From NCBI GenBank assembly GCA_021783095.1, contig JAJXUG010000002.1, forward strand, positions 29,286 through 93,285: DNA of 64,000 nucleotides, in the 5' to 3' direction. Positions 1 through 9,420 of the stretch are shown here, piece by piece. Position 1 is the first letter of the stretch; each line of letters starts with the position of its first letter. The position numbers were made by a program, and so were the translations under genes. The notes beneath the pieces are model-generated. The model was given only the letters and a program-made list of their open reading frames with translations, did not search any database and was not told the DNA's origin. The stretch comes from Chloroflexota bacterium (GTDB lineage: Bacteria > Chloroflexota > Limnocylindria > Limnocylindrales > CSP1-4).

Positions 1-135
1 GAGACCGGCGGCTCCGACTACCACGGCGACCACGGCCCGTACGCCGAGACGCACGCTGAGCTCGTGGTGCCGGACTCGCTGGCCGACGGCGTGGTCGCGG
101 CGCTGGCGGCGCACGGGTGGCGCGTCGAGCACTGA
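1..135 (+). CDS. 3' end of a CDS truncated by the window start (C-terminus ...DYHGDHGPYAETHAELVVPDSLADGVVAALAAHGWRVEH*), function unknown
   Basis: In-frame translation from position 1 ends at TGA 133-135 and every codon third position is G/C. There is no start because the window begins inside the gene. Confidence 0.4.
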   Translation, partial: ETGGSDYHGDHGPYAETHAELVVPDSLADGVVAALAAHGWRVEH

Positions 136-453
136 GCGGGTGGGGCGCCGGCGTTCGGGTTTCCGGACCCGGCCGGCCCTTCTCGGCCTGGTCCGCTCGG
201 TTGGGCCGGCTGGACTGCGGGTCCGAACTTCCGAGTCCCCACCGTCTGCCGCTGGACTCCCAGTCCAGTCCGGGCAGGCTAACGCGGGTTAGCATGCCGT
301 TCGATGCCCTCGCGCCGTTCGCTGTCTGGACCCCCGGTCCAGCACGAGCGCCGCGGGGCCAGAAGTCTGGACTGATGGTCCAGGCGCGTCGCGACTTGGG
401 GCCGCGCGTCCCGCGGCCGTTCGGCGGCCGGGACTCGGTACCATGCACGGGCC

Positions 454-2130
454 ATGACGTCCCGATCCCTGCCCGTCCTCGACATCGTCCCGCCTGACGT
501 CGCCCCGAGCGGCCCGCGCGCGCCGCTCGACCCCGAGGACGCGCGCCTCGCGGAGTTCCGCCCCGACGCGCCCGCCCTGCCGCGGTTCTTCGTCTGGACG
601 CTGGGCTGCCAGATGAACCGCAGCGACTCGGAGGAGATGGCCGGGCGCCTGCTCGCCGCGGGCTGCGCCGAGGCTCCGTCGATGGAGTCGGCCGACCTCG
701 TGGTGATCAACACCTGCGCGATCCGCGAGGCCGCGGAGGCCAAGGTGATCGGCCGGCAGGGGCACCTGCGGCGGCTCAAGGACGCGAACCCCGGGCTGCG
801 CGTCGTGCTGACCGGCTGCAGCGTCCGCGAGTCGAACCGCGGCGGCCTTGCGAAGCGCTACCCGGCCGTCGACCTGTTCCTGCGGCCCGACGAGGAGCCG
901 GAGCTCGTGGACCGGCTCGGCCTCGCCTCCGCGCAGGGAGCGGTGGGCGCGATGACGGGGACCGCGGCACCCGCCACGACCGCCGCGACCACGCTCGTCA
1001 AGGGCGACCTCGTGTCGGACGCCACGCACCTCGTTCGCGCCCGCTCCGACGCGATCACCGGGGGTGCCGTCAGCCGGTCCTCGGCCATCAGCGCCTGGCT
1101 GCCGATCATCTACGGCTGCGACAAGACGTGCACCTACTGCATCGTCCCGTTCAGCCGCGGCCCCGAGCGCAGCCGCCCCTTCGACGAAGTGGTCGCGGAG
1201 GCCCGGGCGCTGGCCGAGGCGGGCTATCGCGAGGTCACGCTCCTGGGCCAGAACGTCAACTCGTACGGGCATGACCTCCCGGCCGAGGAGCGCTTCGCGC
1301 ACGTCCACACCGAGCGGACGGTGGGCCGCCGCCAGGACCGCGGGGCGCGCCCGGACCTCGCCGAGCTGATCCGCGCGATTGACGGGATCCGTGGCCACGA
1401 CGGCACGCACGCCATCCCGCGCCTGCGCTTCGTCACCTCGCACCCGTGGGACCTCTCCGACCGGCTCGTCGACGCGATGCGCGACTGCCCGTCGGTCTGC
1501 GAGGCGCTGCACTTGCCGGTCCAGTCGGGGAGCGACGCGATGCTGCGCCGGATGGGCCGCCAGTACACGGTCGCCCACTACGCCGAGCGGCTCGACCGCA
1601 TCCGCCAGGCCGTGCCCGGGATCGCGCTGTCCACGGACGTCATCGTCGGGTTCTGCGGCGAGACCGATGCCGAGTACGAGGCGACGCTTGGGCTGCTTCG
1701 CGCCGTGCGCTTCGACCAGGTGTTCGCGGCCGCCTACAGCGAGCGGCCCGGCACCCCCGCGGCGCATCTGGCCGACGACGTGCCGGCCGCGGAGAAGCAC
1801 CGCCGACTGGTCGAGCTGCTCGCGGTGCAGGAGGCGATCGGCCTGGAGCGCAACCGCGAGTGGCTGGGCCGCACGACCGAGGTCCTGCTCGACGCCGTGG
1901 TCCCGCCGCGCGCCCACCACCACGACGAGGCGGACGACGACGAGGCCGCCGGGACCGCGGGCGCCCGCGACGCCTTCCGGGACCTGCCCGAGGGCATCGC
2001 GCACCTCGTCGGCCGGTCGCGCGAGAACAAGCTGGTCCACACGGCCGGGGAGCCGGCGCTCGTCGGCGCGCTGGTCGGTGTCGCGATCGACCACGCGGGG
2101 CCGTACGCGCTCCGCGGGAGGCTCGCCTGA
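454..2130 (+). CDS. miaB: tRNA-2-methylthio-N6-dimethylallyladenosine synthase (radical-SAM methylthiotransferase MiaB)
   Basis: 558 aa. Carries the N-terminal MTTase motif FVWTLGCQMNRSDSEEM, the radical-SAM CxxxCxxC motif (CDKTCTYCIVPFSRG), LLGQNVNSYG and a C-terminal TRAM-like region. Low-complexity insertions are present. Confidence 0.9.
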   Translation: MTSRSLPVLDIVPPDVAPSGPRAPLDPEDARLAEFRPDAPALPRFFVWTLGCQMNRSDSEEMAGRLLAAGCAEAPSMESADLVVINTCAIREAAEAKVIGRQGHLRRLKDANPGLRVVLTGCSVRESNRGGLAKRYPAVDLFLRPDEEPELVDRLGLASAQGAVGAMTGTAAPATTAATTLVKGDLVSDATHLVRARSDAITGGAVSRSSAISAWLPIIYGCDKTCTYCIVPFSRGPERSRPFDEVVAEARALAEAGYREVTLLGQNVNSYGHDLPAEERFAHVHTERTVGRRQDRGARPDLAELIRAIDGIRGHDGTHAIPRLRFVTSHPWDLSDRLVDAMRDCPSVCEALHLPVQSGSDAMLRRMGRQYTVAHYAERLDRIRQAVPGIALSTDVIVGFCGETDAEYEATLGLLRAVRFDQVFAAAYSERPGTPAAHLADDVPAAEKHRRLVELLAVQEAIGLERNREWLGRTTEVLLDAVVPPRAHHHDEADDDEAAGTAGARDAFRDLPEGIAHLVGRSRENKLVHTAGEPALVGALVGVAIDHAGPYALRGRLA

Positions 2131-2174
2131 GCGGACCCGGGCCGGCGTCCCGAGCGCGGCCCGGAGGACCGACC

Positions 2175-3104
2175 CTCGCGCCGCTCCTGGTCCTCGGTGG
2201 CGCCACCGCCACGGGCAAGACCGGCGTGGCGATCGCGCTCGCCGAGCATCTCCTCGCCCGCGGGATCCCGGCCGAGGTCATCTCCGCCGACTCGCGGCAG
2301 GTGTACCGCGGGCTCGACATCGGCACGGCGAAGGCGACGCCGGAGGAGCGCAGCCGGGTGGTCCACCACGGCCTCGACCTCGTCGAGCCCGACCGGCCGT
2401 ACTCCGTCGCCGAGTTCCGCGACCACGCCCTGGGCGCGCTGCGCTCGCTCGGTCCGCGCGGCGGGGTGGGCATCATCGCCGGCGGCACGGGCTTCTGGCT
2501 GCGGGCCGTGATGGCGGGCATCGACACCGACGCGCTGCCGTCAGACGTGGCGGTGCGGGCGGAGCTCGAGGCGGACCTCGCCAGCGAGGGCGTTGCCGAG
2601 CTGGCGCGCCGCCTGCGCCGCCTCGCCCCGGGCCTCGCCCGAGGGACCGACCTCCAGAACCCCCGACGGGTCGTGCGCGCGCTCGAGATCGCGACGCTGC
2701 GCGGTGACGCGCCGCTTCCGGCGCCGGTCGGCTACCCGGCGCCCGTCATCGGGCTCCAGCTCGTGCTCGAGCCTGTGGAGCACCGGCGCCGCATCCACGC
2801 CCGGGCCAGGGCGCAGTTCGACGCGGGGCTCGTGGAGGAGGCGCGCACGCTCCGGGAGCGCTTCGACCCGTCGCTCCCGGCGTTCAGCGCCATCGGCTAC
2901 CGCGAGAGCTGGGCGCACCTCGATGGGCGGCTCACGCTCGAGGCGGCGATCGAGCTCGACGCCCTCCGCAATGCGCAGTTCGCGCGCCGCCAGCGGACGT
3001 GGTTCCGCTCGGAGCGGAGCCTGGCCGTCCTCGACGCCGCGGCGGATCCGCTTCCCGACGCCGTCGCCGCCCTCGAGCAGCTTCTCGCCGTCGCCAGCGC
3101 GTAG
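2175..3104 (+). CDS. miaA: tRNA dimethylallyltransferase MiaA (start codon unresolved)
   Basis: P-loop LLVLGGATATGKTGVAIALAE and SADSRQVYRGLDIGTAKAT are typical of MiaA. The frame stays open back through the miaB stop, yet no in-frame ATG/GTG/TTG lies between the miaB stop (2130) and the P-loop (~2196); only CTG codons at 2127 and 2187. The 5' boundary is therefore approximate. Confidence 0.8.
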   Translation, partial: LAPLLVLGGATATGKTGVAIALAEHLLARGIPAEVISADSRQVYRGLDIGTAKATPEERSRVVHHGLDLVEPDRPYSVAEFRDHALGALRSLGPRGGVGIIAGGTGFWLRAVMAGIDTDALPSDVAVRAELEADLASEGVAELARRLRRLAPGLARGTDLQNPRRVVRALEIATLRGDAPLPAPVGYPAPVIGLQLVLEPVEHRRRIHARARAQFDAGLVEEARTLRERFDPSLPAFSAIGYRESWAHLDGRLTLEAAIELDALRNAQFARRQRTWFRSERSLAVLDAAADPLPDAVAALEQLLAVASA

Positions 3105-3143
3105 CCGCTGCTCGGCGCGCCGCGGGCGGTATGCTGGCCGCCC

Positions 3144-4463
3144 ATGAGCCCGCGCAACGAGCCGATCGACCTCGCCCCGCCCATCGAGAAGGCGTTCCTG
3201 CTCGCCGTCGACACGGGCGAGGATCCGGGCTGGTCGGCGGAGGACAGCCTCAACGAGCTCGCCGCCCTGGCCACCACCGCGGGCGCCGAGGTCGTGGGCG
3301 CCGAGTGGCAGAACCGCCGCCACGTGGACCCCAACTGGTACGTGGGCAAGGGCAAGGCCGAGGCGCTGCTGCAGGCCAGGAGCGAGACCGGCTTCGACAT
3401 CCTCGTGGCCGACGACGAGCTGTCGCCCGCCCAGCAGAAGAGCCTCGAGTCCCTGCTCAACGTCAAGGTCATCGACCGCAGCCGCCTGATCCTCGACATC
3501 TTCGCGCTCCACGCCCAGACCCACGAGGGGCGCCTCCAGGTGGAGCTTGCCCAGCTCGAGTACCAGCTTCCACGCCTGACCCGCCTCTGGACGCACCTCT
3601 CGCGCACCGGCGGCGGCATCGGCACGCGCGGTCCCGGCGAGTCCCAGCTCGAGACCGACCGTCGGCTCATCCGCGAGCGGATCAAGAGGATGAAGGAGCG
3701 CGTCGAGGACGTCCGCCGGCAGCGCCAGACCGCGGCCCGCGGGCGGGACCGGCGCCTGTACCCGACGGTCGCCATCGCCGGCTACACGAACGCCGGCAAG
3801 TCGACCCTGCTCAACGCGCTCGTGGGCAGCGAGGTGGCGAAGGCGGAGGACAAGCTGTTCGCGACGCTCGACCCCACCTCGCGCCAGGTGAAGCTCGGCG
3901 ACGGGCAGACCGCGATCGTCACCGACACCGTGGGCTTCATCCACAAGCTGCCGCACCAGCTCGTCGACGCCTTCCGCGCGACGCTCGAGGAGGTCACCCG
4001 GGCGGACGTGCTCGTCGAGGTGGTGGACGCGGCCGACGCCCACGCGCCCGAGCACCGCGCCACCGTCCAGCAGGTGCTCGACGAGCTGGGCGCCGGCGAC
4101 AAGCCGCGCCTCACCGCGTTCAACAAGGCCGACCTGCTGTTCCCCGCCACCGACGGGTCGCTCCCCGCGCCCGCCGTGTCCGGGACCGTGCTCGTGTCGG
4201 CGACCACGGGCTTCGGCCTCGACACCCTGCGCGCCGAGATCGCCGCGCTGCTGGCATCGCTCTGGGAGGACGTGGACGTCGCCGTCCCGTACGCCGCGGG
4301 CGAGCTCCTGGCGCGCGTGCGCGAGCGCGGGACGGTCGAGCTCGAGTACGGCGAGCGTGACGTGCGCGTGTTCGGGAGGATGGCGCCGAGCCTCGCCGGC
4401 GAGCTCCGGTCGGTGGCCAGCCGCTGGGCGGAGTCGCTCGCCGAGGGGAGCGCCGTCCGCTGA
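3144..4463 (+). CDS. hflX: GTPase HflX
   Basis: 439 aa with an HflX N-terminal domain (IDRSRLILDIFALHAQTHEGRLQVELAQLEYQLPRL) and G-domain motifs AIAGYTNAGKST and DTVGF. It follows miaA, as in many Actinobacteria. Confidence 0.9.
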   Translation: MSPRNEPIDLAPPIEKAFLLAVDTGEDPGWSAEDSLNELAALATTAGAEVVGAEWQNRRHVDPNWYVGKGKAEALLQARSETGFDILVADDELSPAQQKSLESLLNVKVIDRSRLILDIFALHAQTHEGRLQVELAQLEYQLPRLTRLWTHLSRTGGGIGTRGPGESQLETDRRLIRERIKRMKERVEDVRRQRQTAARGRDRRLYPTVAIAGYTNAGKSTLLNALVGSEVAKAEDKLFATLDPTSRQVKLGDGQTAIVTDTVGFIHKLPHQLVDAFRATLEEVTRADVLVEVVDAADAHAPEHRATVQQVLDELGAGDKPRLTAFNKADLLFPATDGSLPAPAVSGTVLVSATTGFGLDTLRAEIAALLASLWEDVDVAVPYAAGELLARVRERGTVELEYGERDVRVFGRMAPSLAGELRSVASRWAESLAEGSAVR

Positions 4464-4525
4464 GCGCGCCTGCGGGGGCCGGCGCCCGGCGCGGCGGCAC
4501 CCTGGAGCTGCCGGGCGGGCGGCGA

Positions 4526-5056
4526 ATGGTCTGGACCGTCGCCGACGGGAGCCGGGGACGGCGGTGGCGCGCCGTCACCACGCACGGCGACGGGCGGATG
4601 GAGGCGGCCCTGCTGGTCGAAGCCGCCCCGGACGGCCGCCTGGTCAAGCTCGAGCTCGCGACCGGGGAGGGGCTCCTGACGCTCCACCCTGAGGGCGACC
4701 CCGTGCGGCTGCACGGCAACGTCGTCCGGGCGTCCGGGATCGACCACGTCTCGCTGCCCTGGTCGGCCGACCACCTGCTGATGGTCGGGGCGTCGCCGAT
4801 GACCGCGGCTGTCGCCGTCGCGAGCGGCGCGGTCGGGGTCGGGGTGGGGGAGGGGGCCGGCGTGCCGGTTGTCGAGGTGGGGATCGACCTGCGGCTCCGG
4901 GCGGCGACCTGGCGCGTGGCGCGCGTCGCGGAGCGTCGCTGGCGCCTCCTCGCCGCGGACGGCGGGGCGTCGCTGCTGCTCGAGGTCGACGCCGCCGGCA
5001 TCCCGACCGCAGTCCGCGCCGAGAGCTGGCCGCTCGAGGAGGGCTCACGCGGCTGA
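4526..5056 (+). CDS. hypothetical protein
   Basis: 176-aa ORF downstream of hflX on the same strand. Codon third positions are almost uniformly G/C. No recognisable motif. Confidence 0.5.
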   Translation: MVWTVADGSRGRRWRAVTTHGDGRMEAALLVEAAPDGRLVKLELATGEGLLTLHPEGDPVRLHGNVVRASGIDHVSLPWSADHLLMVGASPMTAAVAVASGAVGVGVGEGAGVPVVEVGIDLRLRAATWRVARVAERRWRLLAADGGASLLLEVDAAGIPTAVRAESWPLEEGSRG

Positions 5057-5115
5057 TCGGCGGAGCGCTGCGCGGGCGGCCGACCGACGCCCGCCGAGGT
5101 CGGGATCGGGAGCCG

Positions 5116-7488
5116 TCAGGCGACCGTGGTCGGCGTCACGTAGTGCGACCGGGCACAGACCTCGACCGTCGGCCCCTCGAGCATGAGGCTCGCGGTCAGC
5201 GGGCGCGAGGCGGACGACGTCCCGACGGAGACGGTGACCTCGCCAGGCTCCACCACCAGCCGGTAGTCGACGTCCGTATACGCCAGCTGCTCGGCATGGA
5301 GCGCGAACGACACGCGCCGGCGTTCCCCCGGCTCCAGCGCGACGCGGCAGAATCCGCGCAGCTCGATCACCGGCCGCGCCACTGACGCCTCCTCGTCGCG
5401 CACGTAGAGCTGCACGACCTCGTCGCCGGCTCGGTCGCCGGTGTTCGCCACGTCTACGCCGACCGTCACCTGGCCCCCGGAGGTCGCGATCCGCTCCGTG
5501 TCGAGGGTGAGGTTCGAGAGCTCGAAGCTCGTGTACGAGAGGCCGTGGCCGAAGGGCCACAGGGGCGTCGTCGGCCCGTCGACGTAGGAGCCCTTGGGGT
5601 TCGAGTGCCCCCCGGTCGGGTGATGGCGATACGAGAGCGGGACCTGGCCGACGGTCCGCGGGAAGGACATCGGGAGCTTGCCGCCCGGGCTGACGTCCCC
5701 GGCGACGGCGGCGGCGATCGCCTCTGGCCCGGCGACCCCGGGCACCCACGCCACGAGGACCGCGCCGACGTTCTGGGCGGCCCAGTCGAGCGCCAGCGGC
5801 CGGCCGCTGACCACGATCAGCACGACGGGCGTCCCGGTCGCGACCACACGCTCGAGCAGCTCCTGCTGGCGGCCGAGGAACCCGAGCGTGCTGCGGTCCC
5901 GGAACTCTCCGGTGGTGGAGTCCTGGGTCAGGCCCGACCGCTCGCCGAGCACCACCACCGCCACGTCCGACGCCGCCGCAAGCGCGACCGCCGCATCGAG
6001 GTCCTCGTCCGATCCGTCCCGGATCCCGCAACCCGCAGCGCGAACCACCTCGGCGCCGGCGAACCGCGCCGCGATGGCGTCCGCGATCGTGGGCTGCGTC
6101 GCGAACTCGTCGGCCGGCGTCAGCGGCTCGGCGATCGGGAAGCCGAACGGGTTCTTCCGCTGGCGCAGCTCGTTGAGGACCTCGATGTGGAGCAGGTGCG
6201 TGTAGTCGCCCACGAGATCGCGGGCGCTGTCGGCGATGGGCCCCAGGACCGCGATCCGCGTGGGTCCGCCCGATGCTGCCGGCGTGATTGGGAGGCTGCC
6301 GTCATTGCGGACCAGCACGAGCGAGCGGGCGGCGAGGTTTCGGGCCACCGCCCGCTCGTCTTCGACCAGCCGCGCCAGCACCGCCGGGTCGACGGGCTCG
6401 ATGAACGGCCGGTCGAACAGGCCGAGGCGGAACTTGAGGCGGAGCGTCCGCTCGACCGCCAGGTCCACAACATCCTCCGAAACGCGGCCCGCGGCCACGG
6501 CCTCGATCAGGGGCGCACCGTACGCGGCGGTGTTGGGCAGCTCGGCGTCCATCCCGGCGTCGAGGGCCATCGCCCCGGCAGCCCCGATGCTCCGCGTCAG
6601 GCGGTGCTCGGTGGCGAGCATCTCGACGGCGGTGTAGTCGGAGACGACCAGACCGTCGAAGCCCCACCCGTCACGCAGCGTCGTGGTGAGCAGCTCGCGC
6701 GATGCATGGCTGGGCACGCCGTCCACGTCGCAGTACGCGGGCATCACCGTGGCCGCGCCCGCGGCGCGGATCGCCGCCTCGAAGGGGAGCATGTGCTCGT
6801 CGCGCAGCTCACGAGGCCCCACATGCGCTGGCGCCTGGTTCATCCCGCCCTCGGCGAGCCCGTGCCCCACCAGGTGCTTGGTGGTCGCCGCGACGCCGCT
6901 CGCGAGGTCATCGCCCTGGATGGCCCGCACGTATGCCACGCCCATCACAAGCGCGAGGTACGGGTCCTCGCCGTACGTCTCCTCCACGCGGCCCCAGCGC
7001 GGATCCCGGGAGATGTCGAGCACCGGCGCCAGCGCGTGCCGGGCACCAATCAGCAGCAGGCGGCGGCGCAGGGTGGCCGCCATCGCCTCCACGAGGTCCG
7101 GGTCGAAGGACGCCGCCGCGCCGATCGACTGCTGGAAGACGGTCGCTCCCCGCGCGATCACGCCGTGCAGGCTCTCCTCGTGCAGGATGGCAGGAATGCC
7201 CAGACGGGTCTCCTCGACGAGGAACCGCTGGATCGCATTGCCCATCTCGGCTGCGGCGGCCTCGTCGAGGTTGGTCGCCCCGGCGACCCGGCTGATGTGG
7301 CCGAGCCCGTGCCGAAGCTGGTCGCGGACCTTGGCCCCGTCCAGCTCCTCCCTGGTGGTGAGCTGGAACGACCAGGCGGAGCCGAGCTGCGCGACCTTCT
7401 CCTCGATGGTCATCCTGGCCAAGAGGTCGGCCACGCGCGCCTCGAGGGGAAGGGCCGCGTCCCGATAGGGCAGGGCAGTGGAAGTCAT
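5116..7488 (-). CDS. glycoside hydrolase family 3 beta-glucosidase (BglX-like)
   Basis: 790 aa with GH3 N-terminal (RLGIPAILHEESLHG, MPAYCDVDGVPSHASRELLTTTLRDGWGFDGLVVSDY) and C-terminal domains. It is the last gene of the ABC-transporter operon on the minus strand. Confidence 0.9.
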   Translation of the reverse strand: MTSTALPYRDAALPLEARVADLLARMTIEEKVAQLGSAWSFQLTTREELDGAKVRDQLRHGLGHISRVAGATNLDEAAAAEMGNAIQRFLVEETRLGIPAILHEESLHGVIARGATVFQQSIGAAASFDPDLVEAMAATLRRRLLLIGARHALAPVLDISRDPRWGRVEETYGEDPYLALVMGVAYVRAIQGDDLASGVAATTKHLVGHGLAEGGMNQAPAHVGPRELRDEHMLPFEAAIRAAGAATVMPAYCDVDGVPSHASRELLTTTLRDGWGFDGLVVSDYTAVEMLATEHRLTRSIGAAGAMALDAGMDAELPNTAAYGAPLIEAVAAGRVSEDVVDLAVERTLRLKFRLGLFDRPFIEPVDPAVLARLVEDERAVARNLAARSLVLVRNDGSLPITPAASGGPTRIAVLGPIADSARDLVGDYTHLLHIEVLNELRQRKNPFGFPIAEPLTPADEFATQPTIADAIAARFAGAEVVRAAGCGIRDGSDEDLDAAVALAAASDVAVVVLGERSGLTQDSTTGEFRDRSTLGFLGRQQELLERVVATGTPVVLIVVSGRPLALDWAAQNVGAVLVAWVPGVAGPEAIAAAVAGDVSPGGKLPMSFPRTVGQVPLSYRHHPTGGHSNPKGSYVDGPTTPLWPFGHGLSYTSFELSNLTLDTERIATSGGQVTVGVDVANTGDRAGDEVVQLYVRDEEASVARPVIELRGFCRVALEPGERRRVSFALHAEQLAYTDVDYRLVVEPGEVTVSVGTSSASRPLTASLMLEGPTVEVCARSHYVTPTTVA

Positions 7489-7495
7489 CAGGTCA

Positions 7496-8380
7496 TCACC
7501 CCTTCACGGAGCCGCCGGTCAGGCCGCTGACGATGTGGCGCTCCGCGAGCGCGTAGAAGATGAGGGCGGGGATCATGGCCACGACGGTGTACGCGAGGAC
7601 GCGGGCCTGGTCGGAGCTGTATTCCGTAGAGAAGTTCATGACGCCGAGGGGGAGCGTCCACTGGTCTGCGCCGTTGAGCAGGACCAGCGGCAGGAAGAAC
7701 GCGTTCCACGTGCTCACGATCGCGAGGACGCTCACGGTCGCGAGAGCGGGCCGGGCGAGCGGCAGCAGGATTCGCCAGAAGAAGCCGAACGGGCCGCACC
7801 CGTCCACGCGGGCCGCGTCCTCGAGCTCCACTGGAATGCTCCGGAAGAACGGCCGCAGGATGACCACCGTGAGCGGGAGCTGGAACGCGGCCTCGGGCAG
7901 GGCGACGCCCAGCAGGTTGCCGTACAGCCCGAGGTCCCGGACCAGGATGTAGAGCGGGAGGATCGCGACCGCCGACGGGAACAGCAGGCCGAAGACGAAC
8001 AGGGTGTACATCGCCTCGCGGCCGCGGAAGGCATAGCGGGCGAGCACGAAGGCGGCCAGGGACGCACAGCCGACGGCCATGAACACGCAGACCAGCGCGA
8101 CGACGACGCTGTTGAACGCCTGGAGCCAGAACGTCGCGGCGTTCTTGCCCACGAGGACGTCCACGTAGTTCTCGGTGACCCACGTGCTGGGCAGGATGGA
8201 CCCGGGATCCGCCGCGAGCTGCCCGTTGGTCTTGAAGCCCCCGAGGATGGCATAGCCGATCGGGATCAGGATCGCGCCCGCGACGAGCACCATGACCACG
8301 TAGGCCGCGACACCGCCCAGGTGCAGCCTGGGCACGGACCGACCGCGACGGGCCACCGCGACCTGGCTCGGTGCACGCAC
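7496..8380 (-). CDS. carbohydrate ABC transporter permease (MalG/LacG-like)
   Basis: TM-rich, with the ABC-permease EAA-like loop LEDAARVDGCGPFGFFWRILLPLARPAL. I chose the GTG start at 8380 because a GGAGG lies 8 nt upstream and it sits 4 nt after the upstream gene's stop. The ORF-track start at 8494 (and the in-frame ATG at 8413) would overlap the upstream gene by 29-110 nt. Confidence 0.85.
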   Translation of the reverse strand: MRAPSQVAVARRGRSVPRLHLGGVAAYVVMVLVAGAILIPIGYAILGGFKTNGQLAADPGSILPSTWVTENYVDVLVGKNAATFWLQAFNSVVVALVCVFMAVGCASLAAFVLARYAFRGREAMYTLFVFGLLFPSAVAILPLYILVRDLGLYGNLLGVALPEAAFQLPLTVVILRPFFRSIPVELEDAARVDGCGPFGFFWRILLPLARPALATVSVLAIVSTWNAFFLPLVLLNGADQWTLPLGVMNFSTEYSSDQARVLAYTVVAMIPALIFYALAERHIVSGLTGGSVKG

Positions 8381-8384
8381 CGCG

Positions 8385-9317
8385 CTAGCCTCCGTAAACC
8401 GTGAGGGCGCCATCGGTGTCGCGCCGCAGGACGAAGCGCTGGTAGAGCAGCGCCACCACGAGCCCGAACGAGAACAGCACCACTGCGAGGGCACTGCCGT
8501 AGCCCATCTGGTGGGCGACGAAGCCGGCCTTGAACATGCCGGTGGCCATGGTGCTCGAGGCGTTCAGCGGGCCGCCAGCCGTCATGACCCACACGAGGTC
8601 GAACAGCTGGAGCGCCCCGATGATCGACAGGAAGACCGAGACCCGAAGGGTCGGGCCCAGGAGAGGCAAGGTGATGTAGCGGAAGACCCTCCGCCGGTCC
8701 GCCCCGTCGATCAGGGCGGCCTCCTCGATCTCGCGTGGGATGCCCTGGAGGCCGGCGAGCAGCAGGATCATGTGGAAGCCGAAGTACTTCCACGAGATGA
8801 TCACGAACAGGCTGATCATCACCATCGTCCCGTCACCCAGCCAGTCCTGGACGAGGCTGCCCAGGCCGACCGCGCCCAGACCCGAGTCCACCAGCGATCC
8901 CGGGCGAAGCATGAGCGAGAAGACGATGCCGGTGACGGCCTCGGAGAGGACGTACGGCAGGAAGAACAGCAGCCGGAACACGCTACGCCCGCGGAAGCGC
9001 CGGTTGAGCAGCACCGCGAGGGACAGGCTGAACGGGATCTGGATCGACAGGGAGAGGACGATGACCAGCAGGTTGTTGCTGACCGAGGTGACGAACACCG
9101 GCGAGTTGAACGCCGTGACGTAGTTCCTGAACCCGATGAAATCGGTGAGCGCCCCGAGCCCGTTCCACTTGTACAGGCTGAACCGTGCGGCCTGGACGAT
9201 GGGGAACAGGACGAAGACTGCGTAGAGCGCGAGGGCTGGCACCAGGAAGGCAAGGATCAGCGCGCGCGCTCGAAGCCGGCGTGAGCGGGTCCGGTCGGCC
9301 TGGCCGGCAGCCATCAT
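8385..9317 (-). CDS. carbohydrate ABC transporter permease (MalF/LacF-like)
   Basis: Six predicted TM helices and an EAA loop (IEEAALIDGADRRRVFRYITLPLLGPTL). Start chosen at the internal MMAAGQ (ATG 9317), ~8 nt downstream of a GAGG (weak SD). The preceding 169 codons of the ORF are R/S/T/P-rich, typical of out-of-frame high-GC sequence. Confidence 0.85.
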   Translation of the reverse strand: MMAAGQADRTRSRRLRARALILAFLVPALALYAVFVLFPIVQAARFSLYKWNGLGALTDFIGFRNYVTAFNSPVFVTSVSNNLLVIVLSLSIQIPFSLSLAVLLNRRFRGRSVFRLLFFLPYVLSEAVTGIVFSLMLRPGSLVDSGLGAVGLGSLVQDWLGDGTMVMISLFVIISWKYFGFHMILLLAGLQGIPREIEEAALIDGADRRRVFRYITLPLLGPTLRVSVFLSIIGALQLFDLVWVMTAGGPLNASSTMATGMFKAGFVAHQMGYGSALAVVLFSFGLVVALLYQRFVLRRDTDGALTVYGG

Positions 9318-9420
9318 CGTGGAACCTCGGGGGTGCGGGGCTTGGTCGCGGGGCAGGGAGGAGCGGCCCGACGTGGTCGGCCCGCTCCTCGTCCGCTGCT
9401 CCGATGGTGGTCGCTGGAGC

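Noticed and set aside
289-2094. 601-aa minus-strand ORF antisense to miaB, with similar long antisense ORFs at 2541..4055(-), 5545..7530(+), 9319..10695(+), 18150..20597(+), 27380..29443(-), 32295..34208(-) and 60060..62231(-)
   Set aside because: All lie antisense or out of frame to well-supported genes. Their translations are dominated by R/A/G/P runs and lack any motif. Stop-free antisense frames are expected at ~72% GC.
7496-8494. ORF-track start (8494) and in-frame ATG at 8413 for the second ABC permease
   Set aside because: The ORF-track start would overlap the upstream permease by 110 nt and the ATG at 8413 by 29 nt. The N-terminal peptide (MPSQWCCSRSGSWWRC...) is non-protein-like. 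The GTG at 8380 has a GGAGG at ideal spacing and sits just after the upstream stop.
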